From Geosiphon pyriformis uo1 (lineage: Eukaryota > Fungi > Glomeromycota), in NCBI GenBank assembly GCA_016748015.1, contig JAAOMT010000557.1, positions 295,548 to 359,547 on the forward strand: a stretch of 64,000 bases of DNA, in the 5' to 3' direction. A program made the position numbers and the translations under genes. Below the pieces are notes generated by a model, which searched no databases, was not told the DNA's origin, and saw nothing but the letters and a program-made list of their open reading frames with translations. Below, piece after piece: positions 24,323 through 38,204 of this stretch (its first letter is position 1; every line of letters begins with the position of its first letter).

Positions 24323-25180
24323 TTTACTTAACCATCGAAAATCTCCACGATCAACTATTCTTGTTGGCTTCCAATCATTAGAAAGAGTGAATTTTCGCTG
24401 GGAAATGGAATTAGCGGATTGCTTTCTTTGCTTGAAAAAGGATATAAGTTGAATGAGGAGATACAACAGAGCCCTGTTATTTGTTAAGTATGTCGCTTCT
24501 AAGCATCTCTTGTTCCCTGATTTTAAATTTTTCTTTGCAGGAATTTAATTCTTCTCTAACAAGAAGACTTTCCACTCATTTACAACCGATTTCACAACCT
24601 TCATCACCCCATTGTGTTGGACGCATTTCCTCATTTGACGGCGAAGACTTCGACTCGATCACTGGATATGGCCGGATGACTGCCCAGTCATCATTAATGA
24701 TGTTGTGGGGATCTTTGCCTCGGAAGAATCCAGGTAGATCGTAAACGACATTGACTTTGTTGCCTTACAGAAATTAGTTAATTAATTACAATCATAAAAA
24801 TATCTACAAGAATGACGATCATTCTGCTATGACGCGAAATACTCTTCAAGAAGTAGGAAAGACTTTTTTCTGTATTATACAAAATAATTATATATAAATA
24901 CAGTAGTTTCTAGCTTTAGAAAAAGATAGAATTTATTCAAGTAATAAAATGTTTAATAGTTTTTTCACATTGAGAAAAACTTCTTTTTCAAAATAACCAA
25001 CTCCAAAATAAATAAATAAATATTTTAACATGAAAACAAAAATCAAATTTTGAATATATTTCGGCCAAAAATTCTTAATTGACTTTTAAAATCTGAAAAT
25101 CTGTTTTGGATGAATAATTTCATCATCAAGATTATTTATTATTTATTAATAGTATTTATTATTAAAATTAATTTTATTAT

Positions 25181-25248
25181 TAGAAAATAGAAAATAGAAA
25201 ATAGAAAATAGAAAATAGAAAATAGAAAATAGAAAATAGAAAAAATAG
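25181..25248. repeat. (AAAATAG)n heptanucleotide repeat
   Basis: About 9 visible tandem units. Confidence 0.9.
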
Positions 25249-26673
25249 AGAGATTGAAAAAGCAAAGACCAGTTTTATATTTTTTTAACTTTGTTTACCT
25301 CTAATTATATTATGCGGATATCGAATCATAAAATAGTAACGAGAAAGTAACGGTAAAAATAAAGAAAAAAAAGTTTTTTTTTTTATCATAATTAGTTCAT
25401 TTTAAATAAAATAAAAGCTCTGTTAATAAGTTTGGATTTTCCAAAGAAAAGCTTTGATAATGATGAAAAATTTCAACATTCGCAATTTCAAGTAATTTTG
25501 ATTAAGATTCTATAACCAACATATTTAGGATCTTTTACTCAAAAAAAAAAAAAGAAACATAGTTACACAAAAAAGAACTTTACAATAATATCCTTCAACT
25601 TCTTTTTTTTTAACGTTTCATCTTCATAAACCCCGAATCAGTTTTAACGCCAAGAAACCACACAGATATTTTAATTCTCAAACATTTATTCCTTTTGAGG
25701 GATTTTGTGTGTGTAAAATATTAAATTTTGTTCGATATAAAGCGTTTGGAGCATAGATGTATATTTTTATATAGATATATTACAAAAATGAGGTTTGTTC
25801 ACGAAAAGCTTCCAACTTTTGGATAAGTTTTTTTTTATATTAAGCCAGGTTGAAAATTTCTTTAAGTGAAATAGAACGGATTTTTAAAATTTCAAAAATC
25901 GTAGAATAATAAATGTAATTTGTGTGAAAATCATCAACATCAAAATAAATACATGTACATGTAAACAAAAAAAAACATTTAATTAAAATATATAATCATC
26001 AATTTCAAAAACCCCAATTTTTTTAAACGAGAGAATTTCCGCGGAAGAATTTTTAATCAAAAGTTATTTTTAATTTATATATATATATATAATTTATGAT
26101 AAACCGTACGCCTTGATACTGCATAATAGTTTTGCTTCAAAATGAAATCAAATTAATTTATCAAATAAATTATTGTAACACATTTTAATTGTCTAGAATT
26201 TCAATTAAATCCCGGTAGATTAAAAATCTAGCGAAACTGGTCTTTGTTTTCATAAAATTCTTCAAAGATTTAAGTGGGAGAATGAAAGTTTAATAAAATA
26301 AACTTGATGAATCTATTTTGGAATTTTAACAAAGGATATATGCATAAAAGGCTTTCTTGTTGTCTAAATCTGAAATCTGAAATCTGAAAATTCAAAATAA
26401 ATAATTTTCTTCAAAGAACGGCACGCGCACACACACACACACTCTTAATTCATTAAGGGAAGGGAAATGAAGAGAAGAATCTTTAGGAAGCGGGAGAAAG
26501 GAGAGTGCATTCTAATAAAAAAAACAGAGAATATCTGCCTAAAATTACAAAAATTATATAAATAAAATTGTTATACATTATATTCACTCACAGAGTTTTA
26601 TGAAAACTTTCCTTTTCGTACAAAAAAATTATAAATATAAAAATATAAAAGTATGTTGTAGTGCACAAGATTT

Positions 26674-27464
26674 TCAAAAAAGATATGATAGGGCCAAACT
26701 AAAAGCACCAAAAACTAATCCAGCAAAAGCTGACGAAGAGATCTTTTGAATGGATGCAGCTGAAACTATAGGCGCTTTAGTAGTAGGTGAGCTGGAAGGC
26801 GAAGTTGAAGAGGTTGAGGATGCTGAATTTTCTGTTTTTGAACCAGAAGGATCACTACTCTTAGATGATGTACTATTATCAGATGAGGGTGATGACAGAG
26901 AGGAGGGTGAGTTGGTAGTATCCGCTGAGGTTGTGGAGTCAGGGTCGCTTTGGGGTTTGCTAGGATCGAATCCTTTCACAGTACCAGAAATTCCTTGGAT
27001 GCTAAAACGACCAGAATAGTAGCTTGATTTTCCATCAGAGTATCTGAGGAAGCTAAAAGAAGATTGTTTAAAATTTTTTGTTAAATTCAGCTCATATGTT
27101 CAATTAGGAAAATTTATGACGCATTTCAATATGACCATCTCTGAATAGCAAAGACTTACTAGAATTTTCCTGGAGGTCCCAAATTCTTTTTCACCTTATA
27201 TTCCTGTTTTCCGGCGGTAGCTTTAACGCTTTTTACAATTGTATCAACAATAACTTGTTGGGTATTTCCAGTCATTAAAAAAATGGAAACATCACCCATA
27301 TCTTTAAGTGATGGTTTTTTTCCATTATCATTCCAAGTTATAATTACAGTAGTATCTGCTTGCCAAGTGATACTATCATAAGGAGAGGTAGTGAAAATAG
27401 ACGCGTTTATTGTATTGCTAGCAATGAAGCTAGCTGCAAGAAGGAAAGAAGTTGTGAATTTCAT
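26674..27464 (-). CDS. Ser/Thr-rich GPI-anchored cell wall protein (Kre9/Knh1-like N-terminal domain), 2 exons
   Basis: Signal peptide MKFTTSFLLAASFIAS, TSP....W......ITW.D, YKVKKNLGPPGK/..FLRYSDGKSSYYSGRFSI, Ser/Thr stalk, SAA omega-like site and hydrophobic tail. Confidence 0.9.
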
Positions 27465-30400
27465 TTTTTGGAAATTTGACTTTCAAAGCAAATTTTAAGG
27501 GTCGAGATTTATGATTTTAAATAAAAGTAAAGGTAAAATGTTTGTGATTTTTAGGTAAAAATATAGGGTAGAGAGAGTGAAGAAAAGAATTTAAAATTAG
27601 TGGCTTTCCTAATCAAAGGAAGTTGGAAATAAGGAGTTAGTGGTTGGTTTTAATGTTAAAAGAAAGGGAAAAAGAAATAAAGAAATAAAGAAGGAAAGAA
27701 GAAGATAATTCATTTTTCGAATAAAGGTTTCGGGGCATATTTATATCATGTATTAAATTGGGAACGAATTTTCATTATCTGCCAATTAATGATCCCACTC
27801 GTGACATTTCGTGTTAGAAAATCTTTCACATTTGTGGTCATTTAGGAGGTTTGGCAATTATCCTTATTCCCTTCTCGGGCGTACCATGCATGATTGATAT
27901 GATAAATGAGAGAGTACGGTACTAATCTTTATAATTACTCAACATTTTTTTTCGTCATTTTATCTCAACTTTTTGTTATTTCATTGTACAATATAAATAA
28001 AAATATTTTTTAATTCATAATAAAATATTAAGTTTATTATTTTTATAAAGAAATTTTGTATATATATATGTATTCATTGGTATAAAAACTTCAAAAAAGT
28101 TTTGTAGATATACAAAAGAGAAAAGAAAGCGAAAGAGGAAAAAGATTTCCATCCCTCATCCTTATGAATCTTGTTAAATGATGTAATATTCCCTCATCAG
28201 AATTTAAGAAATAATTTAAAGTGCATTAAAAAGCTTGAAAATTAATTGATCAAAGTAATCTACAGTTGGAGAAACGTTGAATTAAAAAGATTTGTGTTTT
28301 GATTATATTATTTGCATAATACTCATTAACATCCTATTATTTGCATAATACTTATTGAAATCCTATTAATTAGTGCAATGGGTTGATGCGCATAGTAAAC
28401 ACCCATCCTAAAAACCTTCCTCATTAAATGATTGGCATCGCGGCCGATATTATGGAAAAATCCCCGAAACATTAGTATAACAGGGGTACTGGAAAAAGAA
28501 AAATAGGTAATTACGGATCAACCAATGTTGACAAACAAGATAGACAGGTGGTGTTTTGTGCACTTTTTCTAAACTTGAGTTTATGTAATTTATCACCTAA
28601 ATGTAGATTAAAGGAATGTTCTTGGCATTTATAATTGCAACATAAGATGTGACGTTTTACTTTTAAATTTTATTTCAATTGTTATATTTATCAGTTATAG
28701 GTTCATTTTCAGGCATGTTCCTCAGATAACCTTTTTTGGCAAAGAAAAATTTGTTGTCAATTTTCGTTTAACCCACATGATTTCATGTGATTTAAACATT
28801 TAATCTTGAAAAAATAATTGAATTTTAAGAATTTTTTATTGTTTAATTCAAATTGATTCTTTAATTCATTGGAAATTATTTTATAAAAGCTTAGTTTGTT
28901 TATAATATAGTTACTCTTTTTTATTACTTAAAAAATTATTTTTTTTGGATATTAAAAAATAACATGATTATTTTTAAAAACAGAAATACTTTCAATTAAA
29001 TACAATAAGACAAAAATTTATTAATGAAAAACATGGATATTTAGGTTTCAAGATTTATTTTTTATAAATAACACACAAATAAATTTATTTGCAGCAAATA
29101 TTTTTCTTGTAACTTCATAGTTTTGTTATTATTAAATTAAATTTGTACTCTTGTAAAATTTTGATTTGTTATGATAAATATTTTTTGGGTCAATATTTTA
29201 ATGTATAAAAACTTTAACTATTTAGTTTAAAAGGTGACATCTTTTTTATGATCAAAAGATTAATAAAAAGACATAATTGTATTTAGATTATTTATTTTTC
29301 TTAATTATTAAAAAGGATAACAATTAATCTTTTTTAATTAGAAAAAGCCATCATATTTTTCTAGAAATTTCTTTAAAAATTTTTCTTAATTTTACTTGAA
29401 CAAATAAACATCAAATTGTAATTTGGTTTTCATTTTCAAAGAATATAGTAATCAAGTATTTCTCGATTATTTTCAATTTTTCAAGTTAATAAGGAAAATT
29501 TTGTATCAAAAATATTTATTCTATATTTTTAACAATAAATACTAATTAATAAAACAATGATCAAATATAATTTTTCATGTAAAAAAAAGAAACTATTTAA
29601 AATTATTGTTATTTATCAAAAAAAAAAAAAAAACTGCAAAATTTTTTATTTATTATCACTTATTATTATTATTATTCAAACCTAGTTTAATGAATTAACA
29701 TAAATTTACATTTATAAAAATTTTAAAATAAATTGATAAAATTCAAGAATTCATAATTTTATATTGCTTCTTTTATATATATGTATAAATGGTTTTAGTT
29801 CTTGAAAATAATATCTTGATTACAAAATTTATTTTTTTAATCTTTTTTTTAAATAAACATATAATCATTTTAGTATTTAAATAATTTTAAAATAATTTCA
29901 TTACCAAAACTATTAAACCAATTTTATATTAAAAATTTATTTTCATTTAACCAAAAAAATTTTTTTTTTTTTTGAAATATTAAATTGTATTAATTGCAAC
30001 AATTATATTTTGATTAAAAAATTATTATTATTATTTGTTAAATTTGGATTTTATTAAAATATTTAATTCAATTTGATAATCTGTACAAATATATTTTTTT
30101 TTTCATTATACCAATTTCACGACTAGAATATCTTTTCTTTAAAAAAAACATAAATGTGAGCTCTTTGATCAAGTAAAATTGTTTCATAATTGAATATAAA
30201 ACAGACAACAAAAAATTGGAAACACTACACTTATTTATTTACATATTTGTTTTGATCATTGTGTATTTAAATATGTTGCGTAATTATGGTGCAAAATTTT
30301 TCATTTATGAATGTTAAAAATATTGTACCACAAAAACAAAAAACATTAATAAAAATTTCTTAAAAAGTTACAAATAAACTGTAACAAGCTTGTATATTAA

Positions 30401-31324
30401 GTGATAAATTTTTAATCAAGTGGTAATAATTATGAAAGTCACTTTAAATACGGTGTAAATTTTAATAATATTTAATTTCTTTTTTACCTTTAAAGAAAAT
30501 TATGTATAAACGTCACAAATAAGCATATTAGCATCACCAAATGAGTACATAGTTGTATAAAATATACCGACCGTCGAGCGATTATTATTTAACTCATCAA
30601 ATATGTGAAACCTCTACGTTCTATTGAAATCTTATTATATAATATATAGAAAAATTTTAATAATTCTTTATGCTCATTTCTCAAATATTGGGAAAATTTT
30701 CTTTCACTCCTTTTTTTGATAATGATTAAGTACAGATAAAATCATGTATTTTATACATATGTTAAGATTCTATAAAGGAACGTCTCATTATGAATTAAAT
30801 GTTCTTGGAAATGAAGCATTTGGACTGAATATAAATCAATTAATAAAAAAGTTACCATCAAAAAAGTAAATAAATTTCATATTTCCCAATAAATGTCGTG
30901 TCTATGCTTTCATTAGATAGGTAAGATTTTTAACAGGATTTAATTTTTATTTTTAAAAACTGATAAATTTATAATATATCTCCTATCTAGACTCTATTAA
31001 TATGTATTACTATTGATAGTTGAAACTATTTTTAAGAATTGAAATTCATAAACGAATCATTAGATTCTATGGCATTAGCGAGCTATATTTTATATTAATC
31101 AAGAATAACTATTTAAAAGTAAAGCTTTAAAAATTCCTCAAGTATATATAAAAGATCTTACCTTTTGGTGATGCAATTAGTAAGCAATGGAACTTTGCAT
31201 GATTTCTTGGAAAAGAAACATAAAAGTAAAGAGTCTTTTTAAATGGAATAAAAAAGTTCTCTAGCAATAGAATTACTAAAATGGGTTAAATATTTCGATA
31301 AAAAAAATTGTATATGTACATGTA

Positions 31325-31610
31325 CAGTACCTCAAAAAGTAATTCCAATCAAAATCAGACTCAAAAATTCTGATACTTTTCCCGATTTTACACAATTTAT
31401 ATACTAAATAAAAATTGTATCTAATTAATACATTGTCAACCCTCTATTTGACTCTAATACCACTTCAATCATCCTTAGCATTGAGGCAATAAATCATTTG
31501 AAAATAGAGGTATCGAATTTCTTCCATTCCTCCTTTAGTGTAATTTTAAGTTCGGTCAGAGACTTCGAAAAGACTCTATGTTTTTGGATATTGTCCTTCT
31601 GGCGAATTTG
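31325..31610 (-). mobile_element. Tc1/mariner relic: transposase C-terminus plus terminal repeat
   Basis: Minus strand reads KDNIQKH..LTELKITLKEEWKKFDTSIFK*FIASMLRMIEVVLESNRGLTMY* (Tc1 consensus SMPRRI.AVI...GG.TKY*). Terminus TA|CAGTACCTCAAAAAGT at 31323-31340. Truncated at a (TAA)n run. Confidence 0.7.
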
Positions 31611-31615
31611 CTAAC

Positions 31616-31616
<1 letters not shown>

Positions 31617-31689
<73 letters not shown>
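31617..31689. repeat. (TAA)n microsatellite
   Basis: Perfect run, directly visible. Confidence 0.95.
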
Positions 31690-31692
<3 letters not shown>

Positions 31693-33237
31693 TTTTTTAT
31701 TTGAAAAAATAAATATTAATATTTAAATTTTCTATGTTATTTTATTTAAAACAAAATTTTTAATTGATTAAAAAACTGAAAATTACCCAAATTACCAAAT
31801 ACCATATTTAAATAATTTAATTAATATATATAAAAAAGTATTATTATAAAATTTCAAATTATATTATTATATTAATTATATTTTAATTTAGTAATTTATA
31901 ATAATTGATTTTATACATTTATTTTAATTATTAACTAAAGATTTAATAAATATTGATTAACAAATATATGGTATTTTTAAGATGTTTATTAAAAACTATA
32001 CTTTGCAATAAAAATTTAGTATATTTATTAAATTAAATAAAACAAGCGGTTCTCTTGAATATGTTTGAGAATGATTGGAAATTTTACGATAGATAAATAA
32101 AACGAGTGGCAGCGGGAATAAATAAATATTTACACCTCAGCCTTTTTATAGAATTTGGAAACGCTATTAATTTTGATAATTTTGTTGCCCACCATTATTT
32201 TCTGTTGGAACGAATTAATTTAGATTTTTGAGAAAATAATCAAGTTATTAGAAAGTTTAAAGAGAATAAAAACATTTTAAATTCAATAAATTACTTTTAT
32301 ATAATTTAATTGGGAAAAATAAAAAATTATCTGAATATTATATTTATTTTTTTTAAAATATTGTTTAATTTTTGATAAAATTTAAAGAAACTAATTTTAT
32401 AATAATTTAATTTTAAAAATATTTTATTAGGTTTTAAAATTTATTAAGTAATCATAGAATAAGAATTTCACAATTTGGATGTTGTAAGATATTATTTTTA
32501 TTTAAAAAAAATTTTATTTTATATTTTGATAATTTTCGATTAATGATAAATAAATAGGATGACAATGTTAATATGGTAAGATATTGGCCATTTTGAATTT
32601 AACTAAAATTCATTTTAGCCTAATCAATTTGATATTCTCTAATTCATTGGTTTTATAATAATTAATATGAGAGAGAACTGAGACCTAATAATAAAAATAG
32701 TGAAAGAATTTTATTACTAATGCATAATGTTAAAGACTTTTTGATATATATAGAAATTCTAAATAAAAATATCCAAAAAACAACAATCTTAATTATAAAA
32801 GCCATAGTTAGTGCACACTCTTAATATTTATGCACTTAGAAAGAGAGTGTATTTAAAGAAATAGCCAATACTAAAATAGATATTGTTTCACAAATGAATT
32901 TTTTTTAATGCCAAATGCACCTTTTACACGTGACTAGTCACCAAAACTATCTAAATTAGACTAACACATTATGTTATCATTATCTAACAAACAATCGGAA
33001 ACTTCTGATTGATGATTATTATACTAGAGAGTATTCAGAATCATTTGCACATGCAGAATATAAAGGGTATGTACTTAGCTTTAAAAGTCCCAAACTTGGA
33101 ACCAGGCTACAGTGTGCATATAGAGAGAGTGTGCGCTTATGGAGGTGTTAGGTTATTTAATAAATGTAAATGCTGAAAAGTTAATAGTGATACTAGTGAT
33201 ACGGATATTTTTCATACTTCACACGATGCCTAAACCG

Positions 33238-33238
<1 letters not shown>

Positions 33239-33295
<57 letters not shown>
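33239..33295. repeat. (TTA)n microsatellite
   Basis: Directly visible; produces the spurious poly-Tyr ORF. Confidence 0.95.
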
Positions 33296-33700
33296 GTTGC
33301 TGTTATTATTGTTCTATAAAGAAATTGAACTACTTGTTTAGGCAACGACAATAAGATAATAGGAAGCTTGTTTGACGTTTTTCTCAGGCAACGATATGAG
33401 ATAAAGGACGGCTTTCTTAGGCAACGACAATGAGATAATGGGAAAATTTGTTTAGCGTCTTTCTTTGTGTATTATAGCTACTTAAACTTATTTAGTATGA
33501 TTTGTAGTAACGACATTTTTCAAAATAATTCTATTAATTGATATGTTAAACTATGTTAATATAGAAAAACAACATAAATACATTTGCTAACTCGGTCTTT
33601 AAAAAAATTACTTTCTAAACGTACTATCAAATAAAGCTTTCAAAATTCGAATAATAAATATTCCCATTTTATCCTTTGGTTTTTATCCTTTGTTCATACC

Positions 33701-35027
33701 ATGGAAAACAAAGAAATTAAAAGAACTCTTCCAGAGACACATGATTGCAACCTGTGCTCACTCTGTCAAGAGAGTATTAAAAACAATAGTAATAATAATT
33801 GTGCGGCATGCCAGTTCATATTTTTTGAAAAACTTTACTGCGACTTTTCAAGTGGCAATAAAGTAGTTAATGAAATAATTAAGAATCCAATCTATATTCC
33901 ACCTAATGATGTATATAGTAGAGATGAAAATGGTAGATTGAATTGCTATGAATGGATTCCATGGGAGCGTTTATCGAATATCAACGAAATTGATAGAGGA
34001 GGGTTCAGTATAATTTATAAAGCAACCGTAATCGATGTATTAATTGATAAGTGGAGTATAAAACATCATGGTTCAACGGAATATAAAACAGAAAGAACAG
34101 AGGAAGTAGCAATAAAAATTATCCCAACGAACAGTGAAGAACTGTTTAAAGAGGTAAAAAAACTATTATTATTTATCTTTATATTTAACTCATTTCTGCC
34201 TTTTATTTATTTACTATTTACTATTTAATTTACTATTTAATTTATCATTTTTTACACTGTGTTGATAGTTAAATATTCAAAGAGCTATTGCAATTCATCA
34301 GCGTGGGCCTTTAAGTTATATATCTTCAATATGGGGGATTACGCAAAACGTTGAAACACTCGAATATGGAGTTGTAATGGATTTTGCTAAACATGGAAAC
34401 ATGCGAAACTATTTATCAAAAAATTTTCATTCTACGAGTTGGGACGGTAAATTAAGGATCGCATGGAATATAGCTTCTGGACTTTCACAAATTCATTCTT
34501 CTGGTATGGTTCATAGTAACCTAAATGTGTTCAAAATCCTACAATTTAGTCAAACTAGAATACAAATTGGAGGCCTCGGATTATGTCAACCAGTAAACCA
34601 GGAAGAAACAACAACAACAACAACAACAACAGAGGAAAAAAAGATATATGGAGTGATTCCATACATTCCACCAGAAGTTTTAAGAGGAGAAAAGTTTACA
34701 ACAGCTGGTGATATTTATAGTTTTTCCATGTTATTATGGGAATTAGCAACAGGAAAGCCTCCTTTTCATGATTATCCTCATGATCATATTCTTATAATGG
34801 CTATTTTAAATGGTCAAAGACCTAAGATTACCTTCCCACTTATTCCACCTTCAATTGCTAAACTTATTGAAAAGTGTTGGGATCCTAATCCTAAGAATCG
34901 TCCTACTGCCAGAGAAGTTGTGGATAAGTTGGCGGAAAATACGTACCCGAATTCCGAGTTTAGAGTATCAGATAAATACGTAAGAGAAAGTTTAAAGAAC
35001 GATTCGACACAAATTATTCAACAATGA
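33701..35027 (+). CDS. TKL-type protein kinase paralogue with dead catalytic motifs (pseudokinase or young pseudogene)
   Basis: Cys-rich N-terminus, EWIPW, DRGGFS, VAIK, intron 34153-34268. HRD loop reads HSNLNVFKIL and DLG reads GLG. YGVIPYIPPE, DIYSF, CWD..P..RP retained. The conserved tail (IHPEAVYTNRFL) is out of frame after 35027. Confidence 0.85.
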
Positions 35028-38000
35028 TAACGAGCATTCATCCAGAAGCAGTTTATACAAATCGTTTTTTAACTTTGCAAATAATTAATTTTTTTAATGG
35101 TTAGTTTATCATATTTATAAGTTATAAACACTTTAGTTAACTATTTTATTATACAGAGTATTTTTTAATAAAATTTATTCAAGAACTGTGTTATTAAACT
35201 TTAATATTCAGAAATATAAAATACTTCAAATTAAATTTTCTTCTAATAAAATACTTAAATTTATTGTTTGAAAGCTAAAGTAAAATTATCTAATATATCA
35301 AAATTATACTTATATTGAATCATTTCACTTTAACCTTGACTATTAAACTTCAATTAGCTAAATTATCATTTAATGTTAACATTGTGATTTTATTATATTT
35401 TTATATTTTAAATTCAACAATGAATGTGCTAAAATATCAATCACCTAAATTTATAACTATTATTCAATAACAATAGAAATATGAATATAATAAATTTAAA
35501 TAGACTTATTAAAATAACCAATTTTTTATTCTCAATGTTTTTGTTATCATTTTTGATAAAAAATTAAATTTATAAGTTTTTAATAGAAATTCATTTAATA
35601 ACAGTTAGAGATATATTATCAAAATGCAAAAATTAAAATATATATGCTACTAATAAATAATAAATAGGTTATTTTTAAAAATTAAATTTTTTAGATTTGT
35701 AATTAACTTTCACTTATCACAATTAGTTAGTTTTTTTAAAAAAAAGATTTTTACATTAGTTTTAAAAACGTTAAAAACTGCCTTATTAATTAAATTTTTA
35801 AAAATTAAAATAATTATTTTAAAACGTATCAATCTAATTAAATTGAAAATAGGCTAATTAATGAAATTTTCAAAATTTTGATTTTTAGAAAAAGTAACGA
35901 TTGTCATTTATATTTTTAAAAATCTTAATAAAAATATTTTAAATAATATATTTGATTTGTGCAACAAAAAAATTAAAAATATCGGCCAAATTATATCGTT
36001 TTGTTTCATAAAAATGTTAAAAAATTTGATTTTTATAATTAAAAACTAATTAGTTGAAAAATATATTATGAGTTGTTTTTTGTTAAACAAATCCTTTTTT
36101 ATTTACAAATATTCAAGTATTATTTTAATATATATATTGTTTTGTTTTGCTTCTTAATTTTTTACAGTTTTTAAAACTTCAAATTAGTTAATGACTTTAT
36201 AAACCTTTGCATCTTTCATTTTTCTTACTTGAAAAGAAATTTCATTATGAAAATTGACAATTACTTAACGGGAAACAGAACGCCCCAAAAAAACGTAAAC
36301 TTAAGCAACTGTTCATAAAACCAATAAATCTCGGTAATTACAGTCCTAGCAGAAAGTAAAGGCTGACAATTTTTTAATATCATTATTATAATTTATCTAA
36401 AAATTAAAATTTAGTATGTATTTATACGAGCTTGAAAATTTATAAAAATGATACAAATATTAGTCAATTCTACCACCCCTCTGTAAGGTTTGCTCATTCT
36501 TTCTTTTACTAGCTCAATAAAAATCTCCTAAAACATACTCTTTTGCCACTATTGCTTTTAAAACGGCCTGAAAATTCTTCAGAATAACACTTACACGTCG
36601 GCTTTTTTTTGGAAGGAGGTAAGGAACACGGCAAATTTTCCCAAGAACGTTGGTACCATTAATTTCCGCCATGACTGTAACAAGCTTAATCACTGAACCT
36701 TAAAATTTGATTGAAATATAGCTTCCATTGTTCATAATTTTAGAAGAAACCCAATCTTTAAAACTATAATTTTTGAATTTTACAACAAAATCTTAATCCA
36801 ATGCTAGAAATGGTGTGCGATAAGCCTCGCAGCTTTACCATGACAGTTTCATAAAAATACATTAGTAAGCTATAATTATGGAAACAGTAATAAGTAAGTA
36901 ACAAAATGTGGGTATTTTAAATCTTATTTATTAACTCTTGGAAACCGAAAGCTAGAATAAGCTTAAGAATTTATGAAAAATAATAATTAAATTTTAACTG
37001 GTTTTTTTACCAACCTTATATCTAACTATGAAAACAAATCAAAATTTTGAAAACAAATTATATTCAGATTTTAATAATTGAGCAACAAATTACAGGAATT
37101 ATAACCAGTAAACCAATTTTTTTCAAGAAAGCTTGTTGAGTTATATTTAAATTATTAATTGATAAAATACAATATGAGAAATCGCTTATTAAAAAAATGG
37201 TATAATGTATAACTTTTCCAAACTTCTTAGTGGAGAATTCTAATATTCCACGTCAATTAACCAGAATTCGTGAAAATAAAATCAGGTTTGAAATTTGAAA
37301 TCCGAGAAAGTTCAAAAATATTCATTGAAATTTATGTCATCTATCAATTCAAAATGTAACCATTCCAATAATATAAAATTATCTGAGTGGAATTATTATT
37401 ATTGAATGTGTTGTCAATTTCAATAAACTAGTAAATTTTTGGCAACAAAACACTCGATGTTATTCTTTATAATAAGAATAACATGGTTGCGTTTCTTGTA
37501 CAATCAAATTATAATAATATTTCTAACGAGAGAAACTAGTTTTATAATAATTTAATTTGAAAATATTTTTTAAAGAATTTCACAATTTGGATGTTTGTCA
37601 GTTATTATTTTTATTTAAAAAAAGATAATTATTTTATATTTTGACAGTTGTAAATATTAAAATGGGTAGTTTTTAATAAATAGAATCACAATGTTGACAT
37701 TGTAGCAGTTGTGGTAATAATCTTCCTTTGAGTGTTATGAGAGAAGAGAACTGAGACCTAATAATAAAGAAATAATAAAAATAATAAAAAAGAATATAAT
37801 TCTAATATATAAGTGATAAGTTATAGCGACAATTTTTTAAACATATAAACACAGAGAAACAATATACCGTAATTTGCCGCGTAAAAGACCTGGGTCTGTT
37901 ACATTTCAACCCTTGATTTTTTTGATCTAGACCTCCTCCCATTGTTCAAAAGAGGGTATTATATTTGGGGGGTATAGTGTTAATGGCATTATATTTGGAG

Positions 38001-38204
38001 GGTATTAATCACGACTTTGTCTATCATTACTTTTTTTATAAATCACATGGCAGTTTATAGCATCTAATTAATATTATAGAGCCGGGGTGCTAACCTCGCT
38101 TTAAAAAAATCAGTTTCCAAACGTAATATTAAATAAAGCTTTTCAAAAACAAAACCCTCTTTGAATAATAATCTATTCACATTTTATCCGCACTTATTCA
38201 CATC

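Noticed and set aside
26750-27019. Acidic plus-strand ORF (likewise 8151-8366, 16114-16320, 20953-21306, 21961-22164, 22349-22573)
   Set aside because: Antisense shadows of well-supported genes.
33139-33354. Poly-Tyr/Cys ORF
   Set aside because: Artefact of the (TTA)n microsatellite.
36440-36855. GC-richer coding-like patch between the kinases (similar patches at 28370-28570 and 30770-31200)
   Set aside because: Stops interrupt the frames I tried and no family motif is recognisable. Probably pseudogene debris but unsupported.
37864-38015. TACCGTA-starting MITE-like fragment upstream of kinase 2
   Set aside because: Matching right terminus and TSD not found.
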